From assembly GCF_006345805.1 (NCBI RefSeq), contig NC_043018.1:310001-374000 (forward strand): 64,000 bases of DNA. Direction: 5' to 3'. The translations under genes and the position numbers were made by a program. This stretch comes from Octopus sinensis (Eukaryota). Below, one piece after another: positions 41,749-55,334 of this stretch; the first letter of the stretch is position 1, and each line of letters begins with the position of its first letter. The notes beneath the pieces were generated by a model. It made no database searches and had not been told where the DNA came from. It saw nothing but the letters and a program-made list of their open reading frames with translations.

Positions 41749-42717
41749 GGCGATTAAAACCGTAATCACGTGGTTAGGACGCTAGCTTCATACTGCACAG
41801 CCATGCCCGCGGCTATAGTAACAAGGAAGCTAATAAATGTATATTAAGTATTATACAAGACATGTTCTTGGTTTGATTTATTTCACTTAACTCTACTTTG
41901 AGAAGTTTAGACAGTAGACGTTTAATACCGATGTCATATTAGAAGGGAAGATTATCTGTAGAATCAATAATTTTCTGTCAATGATATGCTATTAAGAAAG
42001 ACACTGTCGCAAAAACGGAACAGATAAGGAAACATATTACTCTCTGAGAGTTGTCAACAACACCGCAAGTGTCTTATGCATATGTATGTGTATGTGTGTG
42101 TGTGTGTGGGGCGGTGCATATACATATATGTGTGTTTGTATAAATATATATATATATATATATCCGCATCATGTAAGCTGTCATAAGCATGAAAACATAT
42201 GTTCATGTACAAACACATAACAGAATAGACAGATATATAATTCACTTCAATCTATTTACATCCGTCAATAACTCATAGAAGCATATAAACACTAATACCT
42301 ACACAGACGCACCCACAAGCCTAGAGAAACGTACATATATATGTGTGTATATATGTATGTATCTATGTAGTTATGTATGTATGTATGTATATACGTATTT
42401 TTATTTACCTTTGTACACATATTTGCAGCGTGATTGCTTGTTCAAAGAATGAAGTAATCGTATGAAATGTGTGATGCATGTTATGTTTATTGATGACAGA
42501 CATATTAATACGCATAACGAAGCAAACAGCAGAGATGGTGAGACATAGGACATACGGAAATATTCTACGGAAGACTTGACTTTTATCGATAGACATACAT
42601 ACTCACAAGAAAACCAATACACACAGTTGCATTTATACAAACGTGTGAGTATGTGAGTTTATGTGAGAGTGTACCTATAAATGCATATGTATATAAACAG
42701 AGTGTTTGCACTTGTAG

Positions 42718-42810
42718 GCTGTATTGGTTCCGGTGAACCTGAATGTTGCCCAGAAATGTCTCTTATCAAGCGTTTCTGCTTCGTTAAGCGGAAGTTAGTA
42801 ACTTCTTCCG
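42718..42810 (+). CDS. Candidate symmetric 93-nt exon
   Basis: gtgtttgcacttgtag|GC...TCCG|gtaaga; phase 1-1; only one frame open (GCIGSGEPECCPEMSLIKRFCFVKRKLVTSSG); no homology recognised. Confidence 0.2.
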
Positions 42811-43048
42811 GTAAGAATTTTACGCCTGTCTATTGTAATACCATTCATTTCGTTTTCATCACAAGTGATACTTAACGAACGAATATCTGCATATATGTAC
42901 GTACGTATGTATGTATGCATATATGCATGTGTATGTGTGCGTATGTGTATATGTATCTAGGTATTTAATATACATATATTTATATATGTCTACATATATG
43001 TATATTTATGTCTAGATATAAATTCATAATACATACTAGTACATATAT

Positions 43049-43117
<69 letters not shown>

Positions 43118-43204
43118 CACATATATATACATATATATACATACACACACATATATATATACATACATATATATACATACACATATATGTATACATACAT
43201 ATAT

Positions 43205-43235
<31 letters not shown>

Positions 43236-43345
43236 GCATACATGCACACATCCATATATATATATGCGTACATACATCCATACATATATAAATAAATATA
43301 TATGCATGCGTATAAATAATTGTGTGAGTGTATGTACGTAACGAA

Positions 43346-43376
<31 letters not shown>

Positions 43377-43735
43377 CTGATATGTGTATGGTTATATATA
43401 CGCATATATTGCATTCGTATAAAAACACGCATATGCACGCGCAGGCAAACCCACACACATAGCTGTGCTTCGGTGTGTGTATGTATTCAGGTATGCATAT
43501 GTATACTAAACAGAAAGCTACGGAGAACCTCATCTGTCTAATGTTTCTTACCAAAGCACTAAGCAAACGACACGGAACTCTAGGCACCTGTGTCAGCGTA
43601 CCACTTATGCTAATGAAAGATATAAATAATCTGCCATTTCTTTTGAAATGTGTCCATTTTGTCTCGAAAACAAGTCATGTAAGTAGATATCTGTGTATAT
43701 TTAATAGATACATGTACACATATGAATATATGTAG

Positions 43736-43825
<90 letters not shown>

Positions 43826-44052
43826 AATATGTAAATATGAAAATATGCATACAGGAATATATATATATGAATATATATGTATATGAATATATATATATAT
43901 GTAGGCATATATATTCATCATATATGTATATTTATATATATATAATATATATACATATATATGTAGGTATATATATTCGTATATATATATATATAAAACA
44001 TATACATATATATATATATAATGCTCACATAAATATACAAATATATAGATAC

Positions 44053-44095
<43 letters not shown>

Positions 44096-44101
44096 TACTT
44101 T

Positions 44102-44151
<50 letters not shown>

Positions 44152-45764
44152 CATCTGTATATACACACACGCACGCTCAGACAAACACACGCGCGCACAC
44201 TCACTATCACGAACATACACATATATATTCTTACATATTAATGTTTATATAGATATATATGTACATATATGTCTGAGTTTATATAAGTATATATCTGTTT
44301 GTATATTTTAACGTCTCTATGTTTATATATTTACCTATATGTACAATTGTATGCGCGTATTGTATATATACATATATGTGTATGTATATTGATATATGTG
44401 TCTGCGTGTATGTGTGTATACTATACATGCTTCTGCCTTTCTATGTGTACGTGTATTTATATACGTCATTCTCACATAGCCACTGGTGAATATTGATTGT
44501 GTATTTGTTTAGTAATCCTCTCTAAGCATACATTTTCTTATTCCCAATCTCCCAAATATGTCTACATATAATACCTAATGTTATCTTATACACCATATTT
44601 TTTGTCTCTTTTGCTCTCGTTTCATTTTCTTTTACTTCCTTCTTTTACTTTCGTCTTTTGATTTTTGCGAACAGCGTTTAAACACATTTGCTTCCGTGTC
44701 TCATCCATTGATCTGCTGAAATCTTAACGATATGACATGATGGCTACGCATTTAATTGGTGTAAATGAAATCACAGCAAAATTGTTCCTCATCAGGTGTT
44801 AATATTTGTTTTAATATGACAGGACGTCGGATGCCCATGTGATTTATTGATTCACAGTTGATTGGTTGAGATATCTGACGCTTTTCGATTGCATTAACGT
44901 TATATTCTATATTTGAAAAATGGCCGTATTCTTTCTACATGCTCTAACTGCACAATTCTCTTTTATTAATTCTATAGCATGTCTTCGTAAACAGTAATCG
45001 TATCGGAAGTCTGAGCGCCTACATAATAGAGATAGCCACTCACAATTTTACGGAATTCGCAAAATTGACAGCAATTAGATGTGGATCTCTCAGCCTTTTC
45101 TTAAATTGTATATCCTGATTTGATTAATATTTATATTATTTCCATAATGAATGCAATTGCACGTATCTCAGAATAACAATGCATTTTCTATGGTCATGAT
45201 ACTTTGGTGTTTGCAACATGTTATATTTTCAATGGTTCAAGTAATATTTATCAAACAACATCGCAAGAGTCAAGACTATTGAAAATGTTGCAAGACTCAA
45301 CGAAAATTTTAGGAAAATAAAAATAAGAAATAAGTGACTCTCCCCAGACACAAGAGAATATGCTTCAACACACGAACTCATAAAGAATCTTGCAAACCAA
45401 ATCCAAAAACGAACCTTCGCAATGATTTCTTAAATGGTTTACCTTTTCTGTTACAGTTTCCAAATATTGTACTTTAAGAGAAAATGTATACACTACAGAA
45501 CACGCATCGTTTACGCATACAGCTTCCTGGTATGTGTTTTGTTTTTACTAATTCTCGAAGTGGCTTTTGTCCTCACGTTTAGTCAGAGACTCTCTCTCAC
45601 ATTATAGGGTTTCCACACTGAGGAACATGCTTTGAGTGGAATACTCTTTTGCCATATCTATCACAGTAGACTAGATTGGTAAATAATGAAATGAACACAT
45701 TGGTTCAACAGTACAACGCACCAACCGGTACAAAGATCATATCCATGATCGAATATATGTTTCT

Positions 45765-45981
45765 TTATTGCCCACAAGCGGCTAAACATAGAGGGGACAA
45801 ACAAGGACAGAAAAACGGATTAAGTCGATTACATCGACCCCGGTGCGTAACTGGTACTTAATTTATCGACCCCGAAAGGATGAAAGGCAAAGTCAACCTC
45901 GGCGGAATTTGAACTCAGAACGCAACGACAGACGCAATACCGCTATGCATTTCGCCCGGTGTGCTAACGTTTCTGCCAGCT
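45765..45981 (-). mobile_element. SINE family B
   Basis: Reverse complement of the family B sequence. Confidence 0.9.
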
Positions 45982-46564
45982 CGAATATCATGTGCCGAAA
46001 ACGCTACCTATTGGGCCACACCCTTTTTACGCGTGTGGGGAGTGTTTCTGCATGGTTGTTACGTTTTTAGTAAAATAGAATGGGACAGGAAGACGATATT
46101 AGTATGTTGGCAGTGTGCTCAATATGGTGTGTCAGTTTACAGCTCTCGGAATCCCACGGTTGATCAGGTAATTCGACTCTGCCTTCATACACGAACGCTT
46201 TACTTCATGGCATAGATCTGTGGTCGATTGCATCATGTATCACTGGACTTCATAATTACTTTCTGGACTGAGGATAAATAAAAGACAAAATTGATTGCAT
46301 AGGTGTTTGTACGCAAAATATAAAGAACCAGAACGAACAATATCACATATTTGTTTTTGCCTCTATCAACTGAGGCAATCAACAACCCCGCGATGAATTC
46401 AGAATTGTTTACCGATCAAATCATTCAGTTTCCTAGGAAGTCATCCGTTTTTTTTAATACGAATAATTTCGTCCCAGTATACAAAAATAATTCATTTGCT
46501 GAATGTTATGTCGAAAAAATTCCTATTCGATCAAGTACTATTAAAGTTACATACTCACATCTAT

Positions 46565-46790
46565 GCGTGTGTGTGTATTAATGTGTGTATTGATAAGAGA
46601 AATTTGCGAGTGAACCTTCCGATGCTAGTGTGTTTACGTCCGTGTAACTCAGCGTTTCGGCAGAGAAAGGTAAAATTAGTACTAGACTTACAAAGAATAA
46701 GTCCTGGGGTCGATTTGCTCGACTAAATGCGGTGCCCCAGCATGGCCACAGTCAAATGAAGGAAACAAGTAAAAGAGTAAAAAGAGTAAA
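46565..46790 (+). mobile_element. SINE family C, 3' half
   Basis: CCGATGCTAGTGTGTTTACGTCC...CAGCATGGCCACAGTCAAATGA...AAAAGAGT. Confidence 0.85.
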
Positions 46791-47048
46791 GAGATACAAC
46801 TTACTATCAAACAAGATCTCGCTGGATAACGGTTTTGTGTATTTCCATGGCATAACGAAAGTGGTTTGAAGAAGAGAGGCGTGTGGCAGAAGTTTGTCTC
46901 TATAGAACATGATAAAGCCATATCTATGATTACATTCTGATGACGAGATTTTACGTAGTTCATCTAGACAGGTGAAAGTTACGGGAACGTAGACACAGCA
47001 CGAAGGGTCGACAAGTGGTGTTGTTGGACAAACTCGGACATAAATACA

Positions 47049-47081
<33 letters not shown>

Positions 47082-47137
47082 CTCACCATGTAGGACTATG
47101 GAAATCTGCATATTTTTCACTCTCGTTTTTTTTCAAA

Positions 47138-47410
47138 GATCATAAGTTCAAAACGTGAAAGACTTTTCCACTATTCACTAGCATTAAAATAATACACCAG
47201 CTTGTTTTTCCTACACCTGTCTTCGTCCCTTGTTTTCTGTAAATTTGAAATATATATATATATATATATATATATAGGGAGAGTTTACGAAAAAAAACAA
47301 CAAAAGACGAAGACAGGTGGTGTACAAAACAAACAGATGTATTAGTATAACGCTAAGGAATATAAAAAGTTTTTTTACGTTTCGAGCCTACGCTCATCTA
47401 CAGAAAGGGA
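47138..47410. mobile_element. Two related short elements converging tail-to-tail on one (TA)n
   Basis: Left (+) AAACGTGAAAGAC...CACCTGTCTTCGTC...(TA)n; right (-) GAAACGTAAAA...CACCTGTCTTCGTC...(TA)n. Confidence 0.65.
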
Positions 47411-47827
47411 CACAGAAAAAACAAGGAGAGAAAAAATGTGTGTAGTGGCTAACGATCTATCATGGCGACTGCCAGACAGAAGGGTCACACATGAGAGGGA
47501 AGAAATAGGGGAGATAACAAAGTAAAGATAAGCTCCAATATGAAGGTGCGTGTGTGTATAAGAGAGTATGTGAAAAGATGGCTGGTGGTCTGGGCGTGTG
47601 TGTGTATGCATGTGTAGGTGTGAAAATGTGGGGATGGGAATTAGTCATTGCGGGTGTGTCGGTGGTGTGTTGTGATGTGATGTGTAATGTTGTATGGTGT
47701 AGTGTGGTGTTGTGTGGTGTGATGATGTTGGGAGGTGGGCGAGGTAAGAGTGGGGTGTGGTTTCGGCTGAGGGTTGGAGTAGAGGTGGGACATGTGGGTA
47801 GGCAGAGGGTGGGGGTAGAGATGGGGT

Positions 47828-47854
<27 letters not shown>

Positions 47855-47873
<19 letters not shown>

Positions 47874-47990
47874 CCCATTTACCAAATCGAATCACCAGTC
47901 CTTGGTCGACCAGAGACTATAGCAAAAAGACCGCTGCCCAATGTGTAATACAGTGGGATTGAACCCGGAACCATGTCGTTGGGATATAAA
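47855..47990 (-). mobile_element. SINE family C, 5' half, diverged
   Basis: Reverse complement of CCGGGTTCAATCCCACTG...TTGGGCAG...GCTATAGTC...GATTTGGTAAA. Confidence 0.7.
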
Positions 47991-48837
47991 TGTATTACCA
48001 CCTGCCTCTCTGGTGACTACATACATATATATTGCTGAGGAAGCAGAGATTGCTTTAGTATAACTCATGATGAAATGCTACATAAATTCATTGGTGATGG
48101 CACCAACCAGAGCGCTTCATTACGATAGCCAGACTGACTACAAATAATAGCTCACGTTTCCATTAAATCATATCCTATACCTGTAATAGTTTAATATTCC
48201 TGTAAATGTACGGATGTGGTATTAGTCACAACTACAAATCCTTTTATATCATCTGACAGTGTTTACATGGTGCGCCAGACTACAGCAAAAATGACAACGG
48301 CATCAAATATTTTTTTTCTAGATAAACCGTCATGTTATTGTTAAAATCTACTCTAACTCAGTATGAACCGTTTATTATTAAAAATACAGCAATGACAATA
48401 GAATCAACAGCAGCATTCTTTACAGTAAGAACAACAGAACAATAGAACAACAGAACAATAAGAAATTCTGTTCTAGATAAAACTCGATCTCATTACTAAA
48501 AATTTTACTCCATCCACAGTCAATATCACCAACTGCTTTACTGGAAATTTAAACAACAATAATAAGAGCACTAATATTAACGCCATCACCAATACCATCG
48601 ATAACAAAGCCAGCCACAAGGACATCTAATCTAATCTAACCAAACCTAAATGCCTGTTCAATATAATAAATCTCATAAATAGTTTGAAAGCTTGCATACA
48701 CAAAACCCTCTACGCAAACATAAAACGTACACATAGCTATACAACACCCTAAATAGTCAAAACAACGTAGCCGCAAGACCAAAGACGTATACAGTTAGAG
48801 AGAGAGAGGAGGAGACTAGATGTGGGGTAAGATAAAA

Positions 48838-48877
<40 letters not shown>

Positions 48878-49348
48878 GGGGATATATAAAAGCGAGACAA
48901 AGGGAGTAGACTAGCAAGCACAAACCACATAATGGTCTAACCTGATCAGTGTGAATTGAATTGAATTAGAGGGAAATCAGCTTTTTTTTTCCTCGATAAC
49001 AATGGCGGTTATATGACGTAAATGAGACATGGCACACACAGAGATGTGAACACGTTTGCTGTTATTCTGAATGAGAGAACAATGTGAGAACTAGACCACA
49101 TCAATATCTGCAGTCTTATTTTTCATATCAGCAATTTTTGCCTATTGTGATGTTAGATTTAGTTATAACGCTGGTAGGATAAAATTTTCATACTTTTGTT
49201 TGGCTGTTTATGCTTGTTTGTTTGACTGTGTTTGTTCTCTTTGTAATTTACTGTGAGTTATCTATTTACACTGGACACACACACACATAAATATATGTGT
49301 ATATCGTATAATGTGCATACACACACATGTCTACATACATATACGCAC

Positions 49349-49399
<51 letters not shown>

Positions 49400-50039
49400 T
49401 TCATACATATATACAAATTGCATATATAAATATCCATATATACACACATACATAAATGTACTTACATACACACACATAAACATAGATACACGCACAAATA
49501 TACATACATACACGCACACAAGTATACATACATACATACACACACACAAATATACATATATACACACGCACATAAATATACATACATACGCAACATATAA
49601 ATATGCATACATACACACACACACACAAATATACTTACATAGACATACCACCACACACACACACAACACACACACACAACACACACACATATATTATTAT
49701 ATATCTATATATATATTATATATATATATATATTATATATATATATAAATATTATATATATATATATATACATATATTCATACATATATACAAACATGCA
49801 TATATAAATATCCATATATACACACATACATAAATGTACTTACATACACACACATAAACATAGATACACGCACAAATATACATACATACACGCACACAAG
49901 TATACATACATACATACACACACACAAATATACATATATACACACGCACATAATATACATACATACGCACACATATAAATATGCATACATACACACACAC
50001 ACACAAATATACTTACATAGACATACACACACACACACA

Positions 50040-50167
<128 letters not shown>

Positions 50168-50511
50168 CATATATCGAAACAAAACATTATATTATTGTTC
50201 AATTTCATTTGTATATTTTGTATATAGAGACTGCAATTTTCACCTACATTTTTCTTTGTCTGTTGGAAGCTGAGGAAGGGTAAAAGGAAGATGAAATTGC
50301 AAGTGAGAATATAAAAAAAGGGGGAGGCTAAAATGTGGCAGATAGACTAAGGTAAGGGAGTGTTGCATAGGATTAGCGAAATATGTAGTAAATTACATAG
50401 GGGAGGTGTAAAGTCTGGGTCGTGAAAATCTATACTATTTTTAATAAAAAATATCACACAAACAACAGAATGAACAACCATCAACATTAATACTCTTGAT
50501 GCTGCTGTTGC

Positions 50512-50516
50512 TACTG

Positions 50517-50579
<63 letters not shown>

Positions 50580-50595
50580 ATAATAATAATAATAA
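50512..50595. repeat. (TAC)n then (TAA)n microsatellite
   Basis: Direct reading. Confidence 0.95.
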
Positions 50596-50859
50596 TGTCT
50601 TCAAAACATTAACGGTAAATGGAAGAAAGCTGAAAAACTGTAAGACTAAAAACACTATAACTTACAATAACAACAACAACAACAACAAAAACCATAACTG
50701 TGAAACCACCCCACCATTACCAATAAAAATAAATATAACGTCTGAATCACTAAATTCCTATTAATTCCAACGGTAATGTATCTCTACTCCACCACCACCA
50801 CCACCACTACTACTACTAGCACGCCTCCTTCACCTCTCCTCCTCCTACTACTACTAATA

Positions 50860-51001
50860 ATAGTGCTAATAATAATAATAATAATAATAATAATATCAAT
50901 AACAAATCGCAAACACCATCATTCCCCGCACACCAACAACATTAATAAAAATGATATTAATAATAATAATAATGATGATAATAATAATAATAATAATAAT
51001 A

Positions 51002-51034
<33 letters not shown>

Positions 51035-51063
51035 TAATATTAATAATAATATGATAATAATAA

Positions 51064-51112
<49 letters not shown>

Positions 51113-51172
51113 TCAATAACAAACCGCAAACACCACCATCCCCCGCACACCAACAACATTAATAAAACTGAT

Positions 51173-51247
<75 letters not shown>

Positions 51248-51250
51248 TCA
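50860..51250. repeat. (TAA)n arrays enclosing a duplicated approximately 80-bp unique segment
   Basis: ATCAATAACAAA.CGCAAACACCA.CA.CCCCGCACACCAACAACATTAATAAAA.TGATATT occurs twice. Confidence 0.9.
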
Positions 51251-52559
51251 CAAAAAATAAATTCCCCGCAAAACCATTTAATATATATATTAAAAAAAAT
51301 ACTGTCCAAAGCATATAATAAGAAATCACATACGTATAGAGAAACGATTACACATAGGTGAACACATATATACCGAATAATTAACAAAACAGGAAGAACT
51401 GCTACAAGAACAGCTGATTCGTAGATAACAATAGCTGCAAAATATAATCACAATGACAATAACATCAACACCAATAATGACAAGACATTTTTATAAACAA
51501 CAATTACGTATATAAAAACAGAAAGAAACTCATATTACTTCAGCTTCAGTAAATCCTAATCGCATTTCTTCAATTATAATATAAAATAATGCCATACATC
51601 AGTAACTATAGGCTGTATACAAAACATGTGGTCAACCAAAATATTAGTCCATTCATGTCATATTCAAGTATACAAGAGTATCTGAAATTCCACAATACGA
51701 GCACATTATCTTGTTTCATAGAACGTGCCAAACTGTAATCTTCTATCTAGAAGTATGATGTGTAAGAAATAGGGACCCCCCATCACATTTCTTTCTTCAA
51801 ATGACAAACAATAGTTTGGAAACGAAAATGAGTGAGTGAACATTGGTTATTGTAATGAAAACGGAGAATGCGCACAAAATAACAAAACAAAACAAAAAAT
51901 ATTTACCGTGCCTGGTTGGATGGAAGTAAAGGTTCTTCACATCAGAACAGATCACTTCCTCGGTGGGGGGAAAAAAACAATGTCAGCTGGTGATTGAGAG
52001 AAAAAAATATAAGTTGGAGGTAGTGACAGAAAGAAGAGGAGTGGTAGTGGAAAAGAGGGCAGCTGGGGAGGTTTGAGTCGGAGGTCAAAGAGGAAAGGGC
52101 GGATGCAATAAATGGGCAGGCAGCAGATATGTGTAGAAATACTTAGAGAACGAAGATAATGTAATAAGAGAAACATTTTACTAATTCAAACACTCAAAAA
52201 TGCAGATGCATATAGACTTGCATACATACATTGGTTTATATATATATATATATATATATAATTATAACAAAGAGGGTCTTTGCAACAAGTTGCTAGGCCA
52301 CATACCGAAAGTATTAGAAATAGCAGCCAGAAGACTGTTATATCTTTTACTACAAAAATATGTCTCTACAGACAACAGTATTTGCAGCTCATTATGTGGC
52401 AAAAAAGAAGAAAAATAACAGTCCATAGTTAATTATGGATGTAGGTTTCTGGATTAGAATCAAAGATTCATTTCCTTCATCAACATAATATTCCGGTACA
52501 TAAATGTAGAAATGCTAGGAAATCTCACCCTCCATATTTCTGATCAGGTGACATCGGCG

Positions 52560-52619
<60 letters not shown>

Positions 52620-52681
52620 ATATATATATATATATATAATTATATATATATCTGTAAATGTAATATGTGACAATTATTCTG

Positions 52682-52755
52682 TAGCCATGATAAAACTCCG
52701 AGTTTCGGATGCCGATGTGAAGATCCACGCCGCCATCTTTTCAGTTATCCGGCCA
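52682..52755 (-). ncRNA. Degenerate type I hammerhead ribozyme motif
   Basis: Stem I uggcc-g-gauaa/uuauc-au-ggcua; core CUGAAAA; long stem II GAUG...CAUC; extra C; GAAA; helix III ACU-CGG-AGU; triplet GUU. Confidence 0.55.
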
Positions 52756-52879
52756 TTTCAAAAGCAGAAACTCAGTTACATAATCTCCTATGGCTTCTTC
52801 AGATACTACATCCTTTACAAGTGTCACAATATATTTCCGAAATTCTTTGAAGACTCTGACTGAAGAAAACGAGTAATGC

Positions 52880-53615
52880 CACAGATGCAGTCTGGTCATT
52901 CAAAGTTGAAGTTTTCCTTTCGTCTTAAGAGACGGCTAAATTATCCACAGCATCAGTTATGTTGAATTACTTCCAGGAATCTGTAACTGTAGGTTTATGC
53001 TCCATTTTGTTTTCAGAGGTTGCTTCGATGTTCTCATATAATATGCCTTGGGGTTACCTGTCACACCTTTTTCCATGGAATAAAGAATTTGCATTGTTAG
53101 GGATACATTCTACTCTTACATTCTCAGGTTCTTCGGTGCATTTTCTACAAGAAGCAATACTTTGCTGGATATATTATGTCTAGCACTCTACCTTTCTACT
53201 GCAAGATGAAATAATTTGATAAACCACAATTCGAAAGGGCTTCTGGCCATCAATGTTTCATTTGAGCACCACATCAGATTAATTAAACTTGTTATAATCA
53301 GTGAAAACACTTAGATTTTCGACGTGGTATTTCCTCGCTCAAAAAGTGTCAGACGATTTTGGAAGCTTTACATCCTGGCATTAATTTTCCTTCTTGAGAA
53401 AAAAAAGTTCTGTGAGGCATGCACTTCCAGAAAAGTGTAGTTTCATCAACATCGTTTACTTGCTCTGATGTGCAGCGCCTTCAACAATCATTTCTTTTAA
53501 ATGTTCAGAATAATTTGTAGCAAAGTCTATATCAGCACTCACAATTTCACCTTCTTTACACGGCAAATGATCATATAAAGTTTCGCTTTTATTTTCAATT
53601 ACCATCGATACTGTT
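52880..53615 (-). pseudogene. Tigger/pogo-family DDE transposase relic
   Basis: NDVDETTLFWKCMPHRTFFSQEGKLMPGCKASK (about 53355-53456; VFNxDETGLFWKxMPxRTF-like), then LIWCSN, KVLLLVENAP, and FNITDAVDNLAVS; stops and frameshifts. Confidence 0.9.
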
Positions 53616-53620
53616 ATTCT

Positions 53621-53917
53621 TATTTCTTTGTAGCCCACAAGGAGCTAAACATAGAGGGGACAAACAAGGACAGGCAAATGGATTAAGTCGATTACACCGA
53701 CCCCAGAGCGTAACTGGTATTTAATTTATCGACATCGAAATGATGAAATGCAAAGTCGACCTTGGCGGAATTTGAACTGAGGACGTAGCGGCAATCGAAA
53801 TAACGCTAAGCATTTCACCCAGCGTGCTAAAGTTTCTACCCGCTTGCCGCCTTATGCTAACTAACTTTTTTATCAGCTTGCCCCCTTATGCTAACCTTTC
53901 TACCTGCATGCCGCCTT
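53621..53917 (-). mobile_element. SINE family B inserted at the 5' side of the Tigger relic, with a triplicated head
   Basis: Family B body; imperfect 17-bp TSD ATCGATACT(GT/TC)TATTCT at 53604-53620 and 53918-53934. Confidence 0.85.
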
Positions 53918-54014
53918 ATCGATACTTCTATTCTGTTCCTCGATCCACGCACTCAAGAGTCGTTCCATTTCAAGCCTTATATTAAGTCTACGGATAAATA
54001 AGGTCAAGACAGTT

Positions 54015-54390
54015 GTTGGAAGCACTCCGTCGGTTACGACGATGAGGGTTCCGGTTGATCCGAATCAACGGAACAGCCTGCTCGTGAAATTAACGTGTAA
54101 GTGGCTGAGCACTCCACAGACACGTGTACCCTTAACGTAGTTCTCGGGGATATTCAGCGTGACACAGAGAGTGACAAGGCCGGCTCTTTGAAATACAGGT
54201 ACAAGAGAAACAGGAAGTAAGAGTGAGAGAAAGTTGTGGTGAAAGAGTACAGCAGGGATCACCACCATCCCTGCCGGAGCTTCGTGGAGCTTTAGGTGTT
54301 TTCGCTCAATAAACACTCAAAAGGCCCGGTCTGGGAATCGAAACCGCGATCCTATGACCGCGAGTCCGCTGCCCTAACCATTGGGCCATA
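54015..54390 (-). mobile_element. SINE family A, slightly 5'-truncated
   Basis: 11-bp TSD TCAAGACAGTT at 54004-54014 and 54391-54401. Confidence 0.95.
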
Positions 54391-55302
54391 TCAAGACAGT
54401 TAATGTAGTAGGTTCTGGAGCACTTAACCTATTTTTCTCTCTGTTGTCACGTAATTTTTCCACTATAGATATTTCAAGACTTAATGTTTTGGCTCAATTT
54501 TACTTCCTCATCAAGGCTTTTAAAATCATCAAGCTTAATATCCAGCGTAATTCCACTGCAGTTTCGATTCGCACTTGTGCTTTCACGTCTAGTTCATAGC
54601 CTCTTTCCAGGTATCTTATATTGAAGGCAAATCCATCAGCAGCAGCGATGAATTATCCACAAAAATGATGTAGTAATAAGAATCCGGCCAAGACAGATTT
54701 GTTTTGCCTGAGCAGAAAATTATCTTATTTCCAATGGATGGGATGTAATAATGACAATGAGATGGAAACATAAGGAAAAACAAGTATAACATTTGTGTTA
54801 GTTGAAGGGTCACCAGGGTTTATAGATAATTCCGCCTGTTGCACTTCTGGCATAGATACATTCACACACGCAAACATACACAAAAACACACACAAAAACT
54901 GCACTCAAACATACTCATTCACACAGACACGCACTCATGTACATACACTTTTGGTGGCGTAAACCTGTTATAGCCAGTTGGTTTCAAAATTTGGTGGGTT
55001 GTTAAGGTGAGAGTGTGGGTTGGATTGGTTTAGATATGTGTGATCTTGGTTACGCGCGTATTGTTGGTTTCTATTGGTCATTTTGTTCTTGCTAATTGTA
55101 TTGATGTGGCTGGTTAGTCAAAAGTCAGTGTTCATAGGCCTAAGATCAAGAACATGTCATTCAACTTTTAAAATACACAAGGATACCACGTTATATGATT
55201 TTATTTGAAGTGGGTTTGTGTATCTACTTCTTACATTATAATGTTTATCTCGGTGATTGTATTGGTGTCGATCATAGAAACACATATACAGACGTACATT
55301 CC

Positions 55303-55334
<32 letters not shown>

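Noticed and set aside
43545-43602. Possible minus-strand exon ([19 protein letters not shown]) with AG and GTAAGA sites
   Set aside because: Isolated, and such site pairs occur by chance on both strands in this window
54420-54830. Possible L1-type ORF2 C-terminal relic
   Set aside because: Similarity too weak to support by eye
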